Part shown: positions 23,746 to 35,312 of the stretch, piece by piece
How positions within the stretch are numbered: position 1 is the first letter of the stretch
Layout of the letters: each line of letters starts with the position of its first letter
Made by a program: the position numbers and the translations under genes
NCBI RefSeq assembly: GCF_963921235.1
Contig: NC_086097.1
Span: 161,202,001-161,266,000, forward strand
Source of the DNA: Mobula hypostoma
Lineage: Eukaryota
Direction: 5' to 3'
Length of the DNA stretch: 64,000 nucleotides
The notes under the pieces: generated by a model
The model's database searches: none
What the model was told of the DNA's origin: nothing
The model's input: the letters and a program-made list of their open reading frames with translations, nothing else

Positions 23746-25375
23746 CAGAACATGAAGCATCACTTCAGATACGAAGATGGGGACTTTAATATGTCATGAG
23801 TTTTTTTTTAAACTTTGGGGCTTGTTTAATTTTGTGCCTTGATGTTCATAATACATCATTTTGTACAGTTGAGGTGAAATTTACTCATGGTCTTCTTTAC
23901 TAGACAATGATGACAGACATGCTTTTTTCAGTTTAGGTTACATTCCATTAGTTGTAAGACTATATGGCATTGGCTGGCAAAGAAAAGAGAAACAAAGTCA
24001 CAATGTTTGTTTCATTATTTTATAGTACAGGAGAAAAGTCGTTGGGCTTCGGCCAAATGCGATGGAAAAATCTTTGTTCTCCTTGTAAAAACAGATTTTT
24101 TCAGAGATAAATCAGCAGTATTTATATACCTGTCTGTTCCATTTTCCCATTCTTATTGCCTCATTTCTCGTGATGTGTTGAATATATTTTGTAAAATCTC
24201 CTAATTTATTAACCTCATTGCAATGTAGCCACTGGAGTTGTCATTGAGTAGACAAGATGAAGACTGACACATTCAGACCTCCATTTTCTGAGAAACCACT
24301 TCATCCAGCCTGGTGCTTCTGATGTGTACTATAATGAAAGGGCTATATTGCATATTGGGAAAGAACAATAACTGCATTTAAATGACTCAGAAGTTGGCAC
24401 AGGGTAGTTTTTTTTCTGGTGAGTGGTGGGACTTCAGAATATATAAGTGGATCTCTATATCCCTCATGGAAAACATAAATGGTTATTGTGGTTATCGTGG
24501 CCTGATTTTGAATGTTTGAGGGTGGTTCAGTGGAGTGGTGAGCGAAAGACTGAGAAAGGAATCAGTATATACTTCCAAACACTGTCACAAGTTTGTGCAT
24601 CATATTAGTTTTTATTTGAGATTACAACAATTCCAGTACAAAAAATTCTGCCCTGCTTTTAAAATTAAACTTTTGGAACCTTTTGTTGGGTTTACTGGAC
24701 ACCAAAAATCCACAAAGATGTTCTCAAATATGGTTTAGAGAAAAAGCTCTTCAGGAGTTATCAGTCTGATCAATCCTTCCTTCACTCATGTTCCCAACAA
24801 AGCCATTAATATTTCTCATCTTCATTGTAATTTGATCCAGATGCAGGGAGATCAGATCAAATGATATGCAAATAGTGTAGACATTTATCACCAGAAATTA
24901 CATCTGGTCATAATCAATGAATCTCTCTCCCTTCAGCACTATATCATTGGAGTCCCCTAATCTATGTCATGCCCCATCTCTCAGCTACATACTGATTCTA
25001 TGTAAAAGTGATAGAAAGGATTTGAACTGGAAGCAGGGCCAATTGGCAATTGAACTTGTCTAGTCTATTGCTGATACCCAGATCAGCATGTCTTCCCTCG
25101 GCATTGTTACTATGTCTATGCAGTTGGCCTGTGTATCCCAGACTTCATCTGGGTAGGCCAAATATTTTGCAAATTAATCTGAAAGATTAAACATTGTCTC
25201 TTGCTTCCACAGACCTTTTACCACTGCCACCAATTCTCTCTCTCCCCACTCTCACAGATAAGCAGATATTTGCTGTCCAAGATAAGGATCCAACCATGTT
25301 AAGTACTTGTTCTGAACTTTCAATATTTATCATTACTTTTATGAATTCTAATCTCAAAAATGGTTCACCTATCAT

Positions 25376-26074
25376 CAAGTTCAGGTTTAATTGTCATTCA
25401 CCCATACACAAATACCCACGAATACAGCCAAACGACACAGCATTACTCTGGGGACAAGATGCAAAACACAGTACCAACAGTCACACACAGCACAAGGCAC
25501 ATAAGGTAACAAGTACATAAAATCACACCCAAAAAAAATAGTCCAAGACCCTGAGACCATGAATGTTGCAGCAATCTGCAATCAAATACAATATTACTTG
25601 TCTTCTGCCGAGCAAACACCAGGGCAGCACCAACTCCAGCTGGGACGCCACGCTACACTGACTCTGACACCTGGGTGGCTGTAAATAGGCAACACCGCGG
25701 CTCAAGGCCTAGTCTTAGCTATGACTAAGGCCACACAATTCCTCTGCTGTCCGACAATAAATCAGTGAATCAGACTTGCTGCAGTCCACATTAACAATGT
25801 CCAACAGGGTCTTGCAATGATAAGAAAAGTGACTGAGATAATCACTCGCCTCTCTGACCGATGCCTCCCTGACACAAGCAGTAGCATAATCTGCACCAAG
25901 TCCAGCTCCTTCAGTTTCTCCGCCAATGAATATCTCAGGTGGGGAAGACCTGCACTACTTTATGTTCATTATGTCCAGCAGGGTCTTGCAATTGTAAAAA
26001 ATAGGTTTAATAAAGACAATAACACCTTTGGTTGACCCCGTAGAAGCTGCATCAATTGAACACACCGCCATCTT
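25376..26074 (-). mobile_element. Non-autonomous LINE-derived element (Rex1-type 3' end)
   Basis: Minus strand begins AAGATGGCGG and ends ...GAATGACAATTAAACCTGAACTTG; internal direct repeat ATGTCCARCAGGGTCTTGCAAT; 3' part homologous to about 59440-59565. Confidence 0.55.
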
Positions 26075-26684
26075 ACAAGAAGTGTATCATTGTAATGAGG
26101 CTAACTTAAGCAAAGCAATATATTAACTGACTGATGAGTTAAAATAATCACTAATACAAGTCACAAATAAGAATATTAAAACAGGAGTAGCCTGATTCAC
26201 TATTCAGATAGATCATTGCTGATGTCTACCTCAACTCCATATAGCTGCCATTGCTGGATAATCTTTTATCCCCTTGCTCAATACAAATGAAACTTAGACC
26301 TAAAAGCTATAAACACTTCTGAAACATTTAGACCATTTATAGCTTTCAGCTTCTAAAGGTGCTGTGACAAAACAATTTCTCTCATGCTCCTAATTCAAAG
26401 TTCATTATTTACTTGATTTGCCCATTAGAGGAAATATCAACTGGACTAAGTCCTTTACACAATTTAAACACCTCAATCAGATAACTCCTTAATCTCCACC
26501 ATCAAAGAGAATGAAAACAAATTAATGTAATCCATCACATTATTTAAACCTTGTTACTTTATCACTTTGGTGAATCTGAGATGTGCTTAAATAGAGAAAG
26601 ATCTGCCTGGATGATGGGCAAACTCAGCTTTTCATTTCCCTCAGTACATGTGCAAATAATTTACTATTTACCATTTCTTGCTTC

Positions 26685-27005
26685 TTTACTTTATTGTCGC
26701 CAAACAATTGATACTAGAGCGTACAATCATGACAGTGATATTTGATTCTGCACTTCACGCTCCCTGGATTACAAATCAATAGTAAATATTCAAAATTTAA
26801 ATTATAAATCATAAATAGAAAATAGAAAAGGGAAAGTAACGTAGTGCAAAAAAAAACCGAGAGGCAGGTCCGGATATTTGGAGGGTACGGCCCAGATCCG
26901 GGTCAGGATCCGTTCAGCAGTCTTATCACAGTTGGAAAGAAGCTGTTCCCAAATCTGGCCGTACGAGTCTTCAAGCTCCTGAGCCTTCTCCCCGAGGGAA
27001 GAAGA
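26685..27005 (-). mobile_element. Rex1/Babar LINE 3' end (young)
   Basis: Minus strand ...PSGRRLRSLKTRTARFGNSFFPTVIRLLN; very similar to the copy at 59008-59390. Confidence 0.8.
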
Positions 27006-27380
27006 CCAATTAACATTCAACAACAAGTCACTGCCAATTGGCCCACCACTCTGGGGATTATCATTCAACAAAACTTAACTCAACCAACATAAAAACTCAG
27101 GCTACAAAAGTGAGTGATAAAGGAAGTATCCTGCAGGAAATTGATTCAACTTCTGGCTTCCTAGAGCCTTCCTATCATCCTAATTCACAAATCAAGAGTA
27201 TGACAAAATACATTCTTCTCAGGAAGTTTGGTACAGAACATTCTACTTATGAGGACCCTATCTACCACCCCCAAACATTGATTCCTTTCTCCATCAGCAA
27301 ACCATGGCTATACTGCACCCTGCACAAATCACCAAAAACTCCTCATTCAGCACCTCCCAAATCAACAAGTGCTAATTGAT

Positions 27381-27933
27381 AGCAACACACACAAAATGCT
27401 GGAGGAACTCTGCAGGTCATGCAGCATCCATGGAAATGAACGAACAGTTAACGTTTTGGGCCAGGACCCTTCTTCAGGGCTGGAAAGGGAAGGGGAAGGT
27501 ACCAGAACAAAAAGATGAGGGGAGGGGAAGAAGGATAGCTAGAAGGTGATAGGAGAAGCCAGGTGGGTGGGAAAGGTAAAGGGCTGGAGATGAAAGAATC
27601 TGATAGGAGAGGAGAGTGGACCATGGGGCAAAGGGAAGGAGTAGGGGCACCAGGGGAAGGTGATAGGCAGGTGAGAAGAGGTAGGAGTCCAGGGTAGGGA
27701 ATAAAAAAGGAAGGGTAGGGAAATTTATTTTACTGGAAGGAGAAATCGATATTCATGCCATCAGGTTGGAAGCTACCCGGATAGAATATAAGGTGTTGTT
27801 CCTCCACCCTGAGGAAATCCTCACCATAGCAGAAGAGAAGGCCATGGACTGACATGTTGGAATGGGAATGGGGATTGTAATTAAAATGTTGGGTCACCAG
27901 GAAGTTCCACTTTTGGCAGATGGAGCGGAGTGC
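27381..27933 (-). mobile_element. Penelope-like element 3' end: GIY-YIG C-terminus, pyrimidine-rich spacer, pLTR with hammerhead motif
   Basis: Minus translation of about 27741-27930: LRSICQKWNFLVTQHFNYNPHSHSNMSVHGLLFCYGEDFLRVEEQHLIFYPGSFQPDGMNIDF. Motif AGCC-CTGAAGA-AGGGTCCTGGCCC-AAAAC-GTT-AACT at 27446-27481. Confidence 0.85.
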
Positions 27934-29717
27934 TAATTGATGAAAGTAAAGGGCAACAGAAATGCCACCATATGCAGTTTCCCTCGAAGAAACATATGAT
28001 GCTTGAAATATATTATTCCTCTTTCAATGTTGCTTGTTCTAAATCCTGCAGCTCCCCACCCAACAGCATTGTAGGAGTACCTTCACTAAAAGGACTGCAG
28101 AAGTTCAAAAATATCACTGACTATCACCTTCCTGAGGACAATAGGGTTGGGTAATAAACGTCAGTCTTTATCCTTAACACAGTAACAAAAATTAAAAGAT
28201 GCTGATGAGCTGACTGGGATGAAATCTCAGGTTGAAACATGTTTAAGACTGTTTTATGCATTTTGGTAAAGGAAAGATTGCCAGATCTGGGAACAGTTAT
28301 TTAGAGACATGTTAAGTAGCTCCATGAAAACTAACAGAACAATGAAAGACTTTGTTTTATGTCCATGTGTCCAAATAGACAGCTTGTTAATATCATCACA
28401 TTTTATGACACTATTACACTATTAATATTCTGCCCCAAGATGTTCTCAGTAATGAATGGATCAAAGTCCATTTAGAAATTAGAGTAAATGAAACTAGTGA
28501 TAAAATAATAATAATTACTGATGACTTCATAGGGTATAATTTTGCTTGGACCTCAAGTTCCTTGGATAACTGTTAAAATGGCAATTTACAACACACTCCT
28601 CATCATCTTTAAACTTTGGACTTTTTATTAGCCTAAAAGACAAGAGGTTCCCTAAAATTTCAATTGCCTAAGATTGAAGGCACCAATATTATTACCAGTT
28701 TAATTTCTTCAAACCATTATCTGGTCTTCTTGGAATGAGAAGGAGATTTTACAATCAGCAATCTCACAATATGACAATGTGAGGTTAATGTGTTCCAAGA
28801 AGCTTGCGGCATCTGAAGTCAGGAGAAGCAAATGCCAGCCTGTTTTAACCATCATGCCGCTCATATCTGTGGAGAATAGCAAGTACTACATTCAAATACT
28901 ATAGTGTAAGTAATTGGAATGAAGGCAAATCCCAAAACTCTGAAACAACAAGCCCTATGAAGTCAGATAGCATTAGTAAAGAAAAGACATCTTAACATCA
29001 TCCCAAAATTTAGACAAAGCAAGTTGGACATAGAATATATTGTGAAAAATTTTACTTGTTTTTAATACATAAGACAATGTGTAATAAATTTGTGTTTATA
29101 AGAATTGCATTTGTTGAATTTTGTACATTGTAGAATACGCGCATGACCCTTTAAAATGCTAGGAAACAAAGGCAATTACTCATTTTTGAATTGGTAAGAA
29201 AATGTCTAAACTTCCAAGTACTTGAAATATTTAAGTTTGTAAAATATCAGTTAAGATGCTGTTTCAGGTATAGCGAGAATATATTCAATTTAAACCACTG
29301 TAGGTGCTCTGCAATTTACCTGTGCAGCTTTCTGTACAAATCAAGTATTGATCCCCTATTGTACTTGTTCGAGTGTGTGACATATAAAGGATGGTGCTCA
29401 TACCATTACTAAATTCAGCAAGCTTTCTTAATGTGATGTCCAGGCCAGAACACTCTTTCAATGAACACCACCAATGCACATGTAACAAATTTTATTCTGT
29501 AAGAGGATTATGTAAACATTTTATTTAAGTAACTGTCTGAATTTCTCACATTATGATTCTGATGTAGTGCTTGATGGCAGAACTCCATACACACTTCACA
29601 AGTACTTCATTTCATACTCCAAAAGGAAACAGCCATTGATGTAAAATATGTCATATATTTTGAGAAGATGCTATGCTATTGCTATAATGTGTACACATGC
29701 TAATTTACAATTGAACT

Positions 29718-29723
29718 AATAAA
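29718..29723 (+). promoter_or_regulatory. Candidate distal polyadenylation signal
   Basis: AATAAA ending a TE-free AU-rich block (about 28200-29740), followed by a T-rich downstream element. Confidence 0.4.
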
Positions 29724-29889
29724 GTTATATTTTATATAACATTACTATTTCTTTCTGAAGTATCAATTTAAAAACAGATGATATCTGTGTCTGGGAATGT
29801 CAGAAGGAAATGCAGGAACATGTCCTATGGGGAAAACCTGAAAGAGGTTGTGAAGTAATGCTGCAAGATAGCAGTCATCCAAATTCAGA

Positions 29890-30118
29890 GCAAAGCACAA
29901 AAAAATGCGGCAGGAACTCAACAGTTCTGACAGCATCTATGGAAAGGAATGAACAATTGACATTTTGGGCCAAGACCTTTCATCAGGACTGGAAAGGAAG
30001 ATGCCAGAATAAAAAGGTGGGGTTAGAGGGAGGAGGACAAGCTTGAAGATGAGAGGTGAAGCCATGTGGGTGGGGGAGGGGTGGATGAAGTAAGAAGCTG
30101 GGAGGTGATAAGTAGAGG
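29890..30118 (-). mobile_element. Penelope-like 3' fragment with decayed hammerhead motif
   Basis: Minus strand AGTCCTGATGAAAGGTCTTGGCCCAAAATGTC; homologous to 27381-27600. Confidence 0.75.
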
Positions 30119-30469
30119 CCTGAAGTCAAGCTCCCAGGAATTCACTGACAGACAGACCTCATGGTTTGGCCACTAACCAATATCAAGCCTTGAAAGAGGA
30201 AAAGTTTGTACAGGCATCCAATTACACAGACTGCTCATAGTTAATAATTTCCACTTCAAGGAGACTATTTTGCAATATCAACAAACAGAATCTCTTTCAT
30301 CATTTAAATTTTTACAAGAAATAATTATTAGTTTCCTTTCAAACAAAGGAAGAAATATTGCCGGGGTCAACTGGTGAGATATTTATAAAACAACTTCATG
30401 ACACCACTTTAAAAGTGTAATGAGATAGCCTCGGATTTCCATGTATCAAATGTCTGCAACCTAATCAGT

Positions 30470-30775
30470 AACACAGCTTGTAGAGCTACTGACTCACAGC
30501 TCCAGAGACCCAGGTTCAAGCCTGATCTCAGGTGCTGAGAGTTTGGAGTCTGTTCATTGTCACATTTTGCAGTTTCTTCCCACCGCCCAAAGACATGTGA
30601 GACACTAGTTTAGATGGCCATTGTAAGTTGTCCATAGCGTGTAGAGGGTTGTTAGAATTCCAGAGTGAGTTAATGGGAATGTGGTAAGAAAGAAATGGGA
30701 TTAATGTAGTTTTAGTGTAAACAGCTCTAGATTATCAACACAGATTTAATAGGTTAAAGGACCTGTTGCATGACT
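30470..30775 (+). mobile_element. tRNA-derived V-SINE (decayed)
   Basis: CTCACAGCTCCAGAGACCCAGGTTCAAGCC (B-box-like), GTTTCTTCCCACCGCCCAAAGACATG core, CR1-like tail. Confidence 0.65.
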
Positions 30776-31717
30776 GAAAAATTCTATGCAATAACCTAGA
30801 TAAATTATTTTTCTTTTGTATTGAATTAAGACCTTTCCACTGGTTCTTTGCTATCTTAGCGTACATATAAACCAACCTTTTGTCAGTCCAAAGCTCATTA
30901 TGAACATACTCAAATACCAGTGAAAGTCCACAACAGAAAGCATAGTACCAAATAGATGTGGAAGATCAAGGATTTGACTCTCTCAGTCTGTGCTGCACTT
31001 TAAGATCTCCTAACCTAGTGTTCACTTCAGCAACTGTAACTCAGAGAAAGTGATGTTTAGCTGTACATTTGGACTTGTAAATCAGAGAGCAGGGATTTCC
31101 AAAATGGAGAAATTGGTAGGAAGTAGGAAAGCATGTTGAATGGGTGATATCAGCAAAAGCCTGGGAACATGATGGCTCTGCTAAACCTAATGGCAAAAAC
31201 TCTACTGTCAGCATCATATGCACTTTTCTCTCCTGCAGTCAGCTGTTTCCACAGTCAGTGTGAATCCTTACAGCAGAAAGCCACAGGTGGAAAAGCAGAA
31301 AGATCCCCAACAAGAAGGAATAATCCTGGGTTGAATTGGGGTTGGGAATATTTACTTACAATCCATAAAGATTGGGATCTCAGGGATGGGGGTACTGGTG
31401 ACATGTGGAAGCAAGGTACATTAGTTACTGCAGTAAAATGTTTGCTTAAGGAGCAGTGATAGCAGCTTAATCTGGTCCTCATAGAGTGAAATTTTAAAAC
31501 ATTTACCTACTAGATCAAGTTGATCAAGTTTGTGTGTGTCAAGTTGGTCCTGTCTCTGCATATCTCTTATTAATCCTAACATCCTACTTTTGGTCTGAGG
31601 GAAGTGAGCTTAAGTTTCCCCCTTGAACTTCAGGACATTACAAAAAATGATCAAAATCTTCATATATTCCTGCCTTCTCTTCTCTAATACTATAGTTCAT
31701 TCTCTGAGTGTCATGTT

Positions 31718-31790
31718 CCGGTCTGTGATGTCTGCATTCCGGTTCATGGTCCGGTCTGTGATGTCCGCATTCCGGTTCATGGTCCGGTCC
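31718..31790. repeat. 33-bp tandem repeat inside solo LTR
   Basis: TCCGGTCTGTGATGTCYGCATTCCGGTTCATGG, about 2.2 copies. Confidence 0.85.
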
Positions 31791-32118
31791 ATGGAGTCAG
31801 GACTCCAGGTCTTCCAGCTATCCCTTGTTTGACTTAATCATAGGCACCTGATTCCCATCTTGGGGCTTGGAATATAAGTAGCCTTGGGGTTGAATGTGAG
31901 CTGCTGGTTTGTCTTGTCAGTCCCCCTTGGAACAACCTGCTGATGGAAGGCTAATGAAACCATTTGTGATCTCTAGGCTTGGTTGGAGGACAACCGCTTC
32001 ACGGAGCCTTGTTGCCACTGGTCGGAGTAGTCATCATGGTATGGATTTGGCTGTTTCTGTGGCCAGCCAAGGTTGCTGGCTACCCTGACACTCAGGGCCA
32101 CCCTGGATTGAGCTCCTT

Positions 32119-32272
32119 TCCTGTCCTTGCCTCTGTTGGGTAAGCCAGGCTGTAATTGCTGTTACCCTGTGGTTGGTTCTGTCCCTTCCTGTCCCTTGCC
32201 TCTGTTGGGTAAGCAGGCTGTTTGCTGTTACCCTGCAGTTGGGTCTGTCCCTCCGTCCTTGCATCTGTGGGG
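32119..32272. repeat. About 68-bp imperfect tandem repeat inside solo LTR
   Basis: CCTGTCCTTGCCTCTGTTGGGTAAG...GCTGTTACCCTG..., about 2.3 copies. Confidence 0.75.
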
Positions 32273-33323
32273 TGAAGTTCCGCATCCTGCCCAGGAGTTT
32301 CGCCAAGAACCCAAGCCTCGAAGACCCCAGCTTCCATGCCTCAAGACTCAAGCCCCAAGACCCCATACCCCAGCCTCGTACTGTCCTGTGGTCATGTGAT
32401 GTCCTTGCCTGGTTCTGGGGCCCGAGCCTGAGGCAAGACCCAGATTCTGTGTCCTTGTTCAGTCTCTGGCTTGGAGCCCAAGCCCAGGCTCCTAGTGCAT
32501 AATTTCTTGTCTGGGTTCCCTGCCTTGTCCATGTCCTAGCCCAAGTCTGCGTTCTTGTCCCTGCTCCTTGCCTGTATCCTGTCACGTCCCTACTCTAGTG
32601 AAGTCCTGTTCCTTGTACTTCAGTGTCTGTGTCTTGCATTTGGGTCTGTTCCCAATGTCCCCCCCCCCCCCGCCATTGTGACTCTGAGTTTTGAAAGCTA
32701 CAACATCACATTAAAAGAGTAAACAAACGTAAACATTCATTTAAGCAATACAGTCACACAGCCAGCCCACAGAATTAATCAACAAAAATGAGTCAAAAAG
32801 CTCATTGTACCCAAGTAGAAGAAAGTGTGGAATATTTTCATTTTAATAAAACAATTAAAAATTCCTTCAGGGTAGAAATGTGTTCAGTTGCATATGCTAA
32901 ACACAGGTCCTGTGCAGCTTTCAGATTTATGTACAGCCCATACATATAAATAAGTATTTCAGAGACTAGTGGTATGGATCTTCCAGTTGCTGTGAGGCTG
33001 CAGGCATTATTTGCTGTTGGGAACTTGGTCTGCAGTTGCTTTTATGACTTCTGACCTGTTCTGGCTACAAATGGTGCTGTAATCTATGGAATGATCTGGC
33101 TATTCACCCAAAGCCCTTCAGGCATAGTTTTATTTTGTTCCTGATTTTGTCCACATTTAACCTGGTGTTTCTGAAGTGCATCAGTCTCTGCAATTTCTGT
33201 CACATCACGATGCTCCCAACAGAAGGAGTGCCCACTACCTTCTCATTCTGCATTGCAAAGGAAGCAGCCCCTTCAGCATGCCCTGCTTACTCTTGATCTC
33301 ATCACTTAAGTAAAGATTCATTA

Positions 33324-34500
33324 AAAGTTCAAAGTAAAATTTATTATCAGAGTGCATAGACGTCACCACATAAAACTTTGAGGTTTTTTTTCCTCTGTTG
33401 GCATATTTAGCAAAGCTATAGAACAGTAACTGTAAACAGGATCAAATAATAACAAACTCCATGCAAATACAAATATAAATAAATAACAATAAATAACGAG
33501 AGTATGAAATAACAAGATAAAGAGTCCTTAAAGTGAGACCATCAGTTGTGGGAACACCAGAAATAGAATGAGAGTAATTATCCCTTGCTGTTCAAGAGCC
33601 TGATGATTGAGGGGTAGTAACCGTTCTTGAACCTGCTGGTGCGAGTCCTGAGGCTCCTGTACCTAGTAACTGATGGCAGCAGTAAGGAAAAAACATGGCC
33701 TGGGTGGAGAGGATCTTTGATGATGGATGCTCCTTTTCTAGGACAAAGTTTCAAGTTGGACAGCTTTACTCGTGATCTATTGGGCTGAATCCACTACTTT
33801 TGTAGGATTTTCCACTCAAAGGTGTTGGTGTTCCCATACCAGGCCGTAATGCAGCCAGTCTATACACTTTCCATTACACATCTATAGAAGTTGCTAAGGT
33901 TTTTGATGACAGGCCGAATCTTCAGACTCCTGAGGAAGTAGAGGCACTGTTGTGCTTTCTTTACAATTATATTTATATGTTGGGTCCAGCACAGGTCCTC
34001 CAAGATAGTGACACCAGGAATTTAAAGTTACTGACCCTCTCCACCTCTGCTCCTCCAATGAGTACTGGCTTATGGACCTCTGATTTCCCTCTCCTGAAGT
34101 CTACAATCAGCTCCTAGGTCTTATTGACATTGAGTGAGAGGTTGTTGTTATTACACCAATCAGCCAAATTTTCAATCTCCCTCCTGTATACTGATTCATC
34201 ACCACCTTTGATACAGCCCACAACACTGGTGTCATCAGCAAACTTGAACATGCTGTTGGAGCTGTGCTTAGCCACAAAGTCACAGGTATAAAGTGAGTAG
34301 AGCAGGGGGCTAAGTACACATCCCTGTGGTGCTCCTGTGCTGATGGAGATTGTGGAGGAGATACTTTTGCCAATCCAAACTGACTGGGATCTGCAAACAT
34401 AGAAATCCAGAATCCAATTGCACAAGGGGATACTGAGGCCCAGGTCTTGGAGTTTAGTTTTGAGAGGAAGATGGTATTAAATAATGAGTTGTAATCAATA
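33324..34500 (-). mobile_element. Rex1/Babar LINE 3' fragment
   Basis: ORF 34114..34425: CNWILDF...[21 protein letters not shown]...KFADDT...[14 protein letters not shown]. Confidence 0.88.
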
Positions 34501-35000
34501 AAGATATAATAAGATCTATAGCACCATTTTAAAGAAGAGTGAATTTATCTCTGACCAATATTGAATTCTCACTAAAAGTTACTAGAAAAACAACTAGTTA
34601 CTGTAGTTACTGCAAATGAGTGCACAGCAAGCTCCCAGAAGCAGCGATGTTTTCTAAGAGTTGCACTATTTCTTATAATGGTCACATCATTTCAAAAGAA
34701 TTTCATTGGCTGAGAAATGCTTTGGGATACAATGAAAGGGAAATATAATGTAATTTTAATTTTTTTATCAGTTTTGTTCATGAAGGAAAGAAGGCTGTCA
34801 TAACTTTAATAATAAATCACATGACATTGTCACATCTGCACTTGGCAGGACAGGAAAACCTTTGAAAGTCCACCTGTGAACCAGAAAGCTAAAAGCAAAT
34901 ATGGATTGCAGCTGTGAATCAATCGCTAGACAAGGAAAGAATGAAGAGCTATCACTGGATTTCTAAACAGCTGAATTATAAATAGACATCTTACTTTATT

Positions 35001-35312
35001 GCAACACACACAAAAGTTGCTGGTGAACGCAGCATGCCAGGCAGCATCTCTAGGAAGAGGTACAGTCAACGTTTCAGGCTGAGACCCTTCGTCAGGACCC
35101 TTCAACTCTGCTTCCCACTCCCATTCAGATACGTCCATACATGGCCTCCTCTACTGCCATGATGAGGCTAAACTCAGGTTGGAGGAGCAACACCTCATAT
35201 ACTGTCTAGGTAGCTGCCAGCCCCTTGGTATGAACATTGAATTCTCCAACTTCTGGTAATTCCCTCCCCCTCCCTTCCCCTATCCCAGTTTGACTCTGCC
35301 CCATACCCCAGC
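35001..35312. mobile_element. Penelope-like insertion: inverted pLTR (minus, 35001-35098) joined to plus-strand GIY-YIG C-terminus (35101-35259)
   Basis: Plus translation FNSASHSHSDTSIHGLLYCHDEAKLRLEEQHLIYCLGSCQPLGMNIEFSNFW*; the pLTR lies in the opposite orientation. Confidence 0.85.
35064..35098 (-). ncRNA. Minimal hammerhead ribozyme motif (best-preserved copy)
   Basis: Minus strand GUC-CUGACGA-A-GGGU(CUCA)GCCU-GAAAC-GUU-GACU: conserved CUGANGA and GAAA cores, 4-bp stem II, palindromic ACGU in place of stem III, and stem I GUC/GAC. Confidence 0.7.

Larger units (their letters stand above)
31709..32683 (+). mobile_element. Solo LTR (Gypsy-type), about 975 bp
   Basis: Begins TGTCA, ends TGAC(T); 5-bp TSD CTGAG at 31704-31708 and 32684-32688; TATA-like TATAAG near 31875; internal tandem repeats. 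Confidence 0.8.

Noticed and set aside
31718..31790. 33-bp repeats as a CRISPR array
   Set aside because: Head-to-tail tandem with no unique spacers, eukaryotic context and no cas genes.
32034..32585. Cluster of overlapping ORFs (up to 183 aa)
   Set aside because: Low-complexity products of tandem repeats inside a solo LTR; no domain signature.
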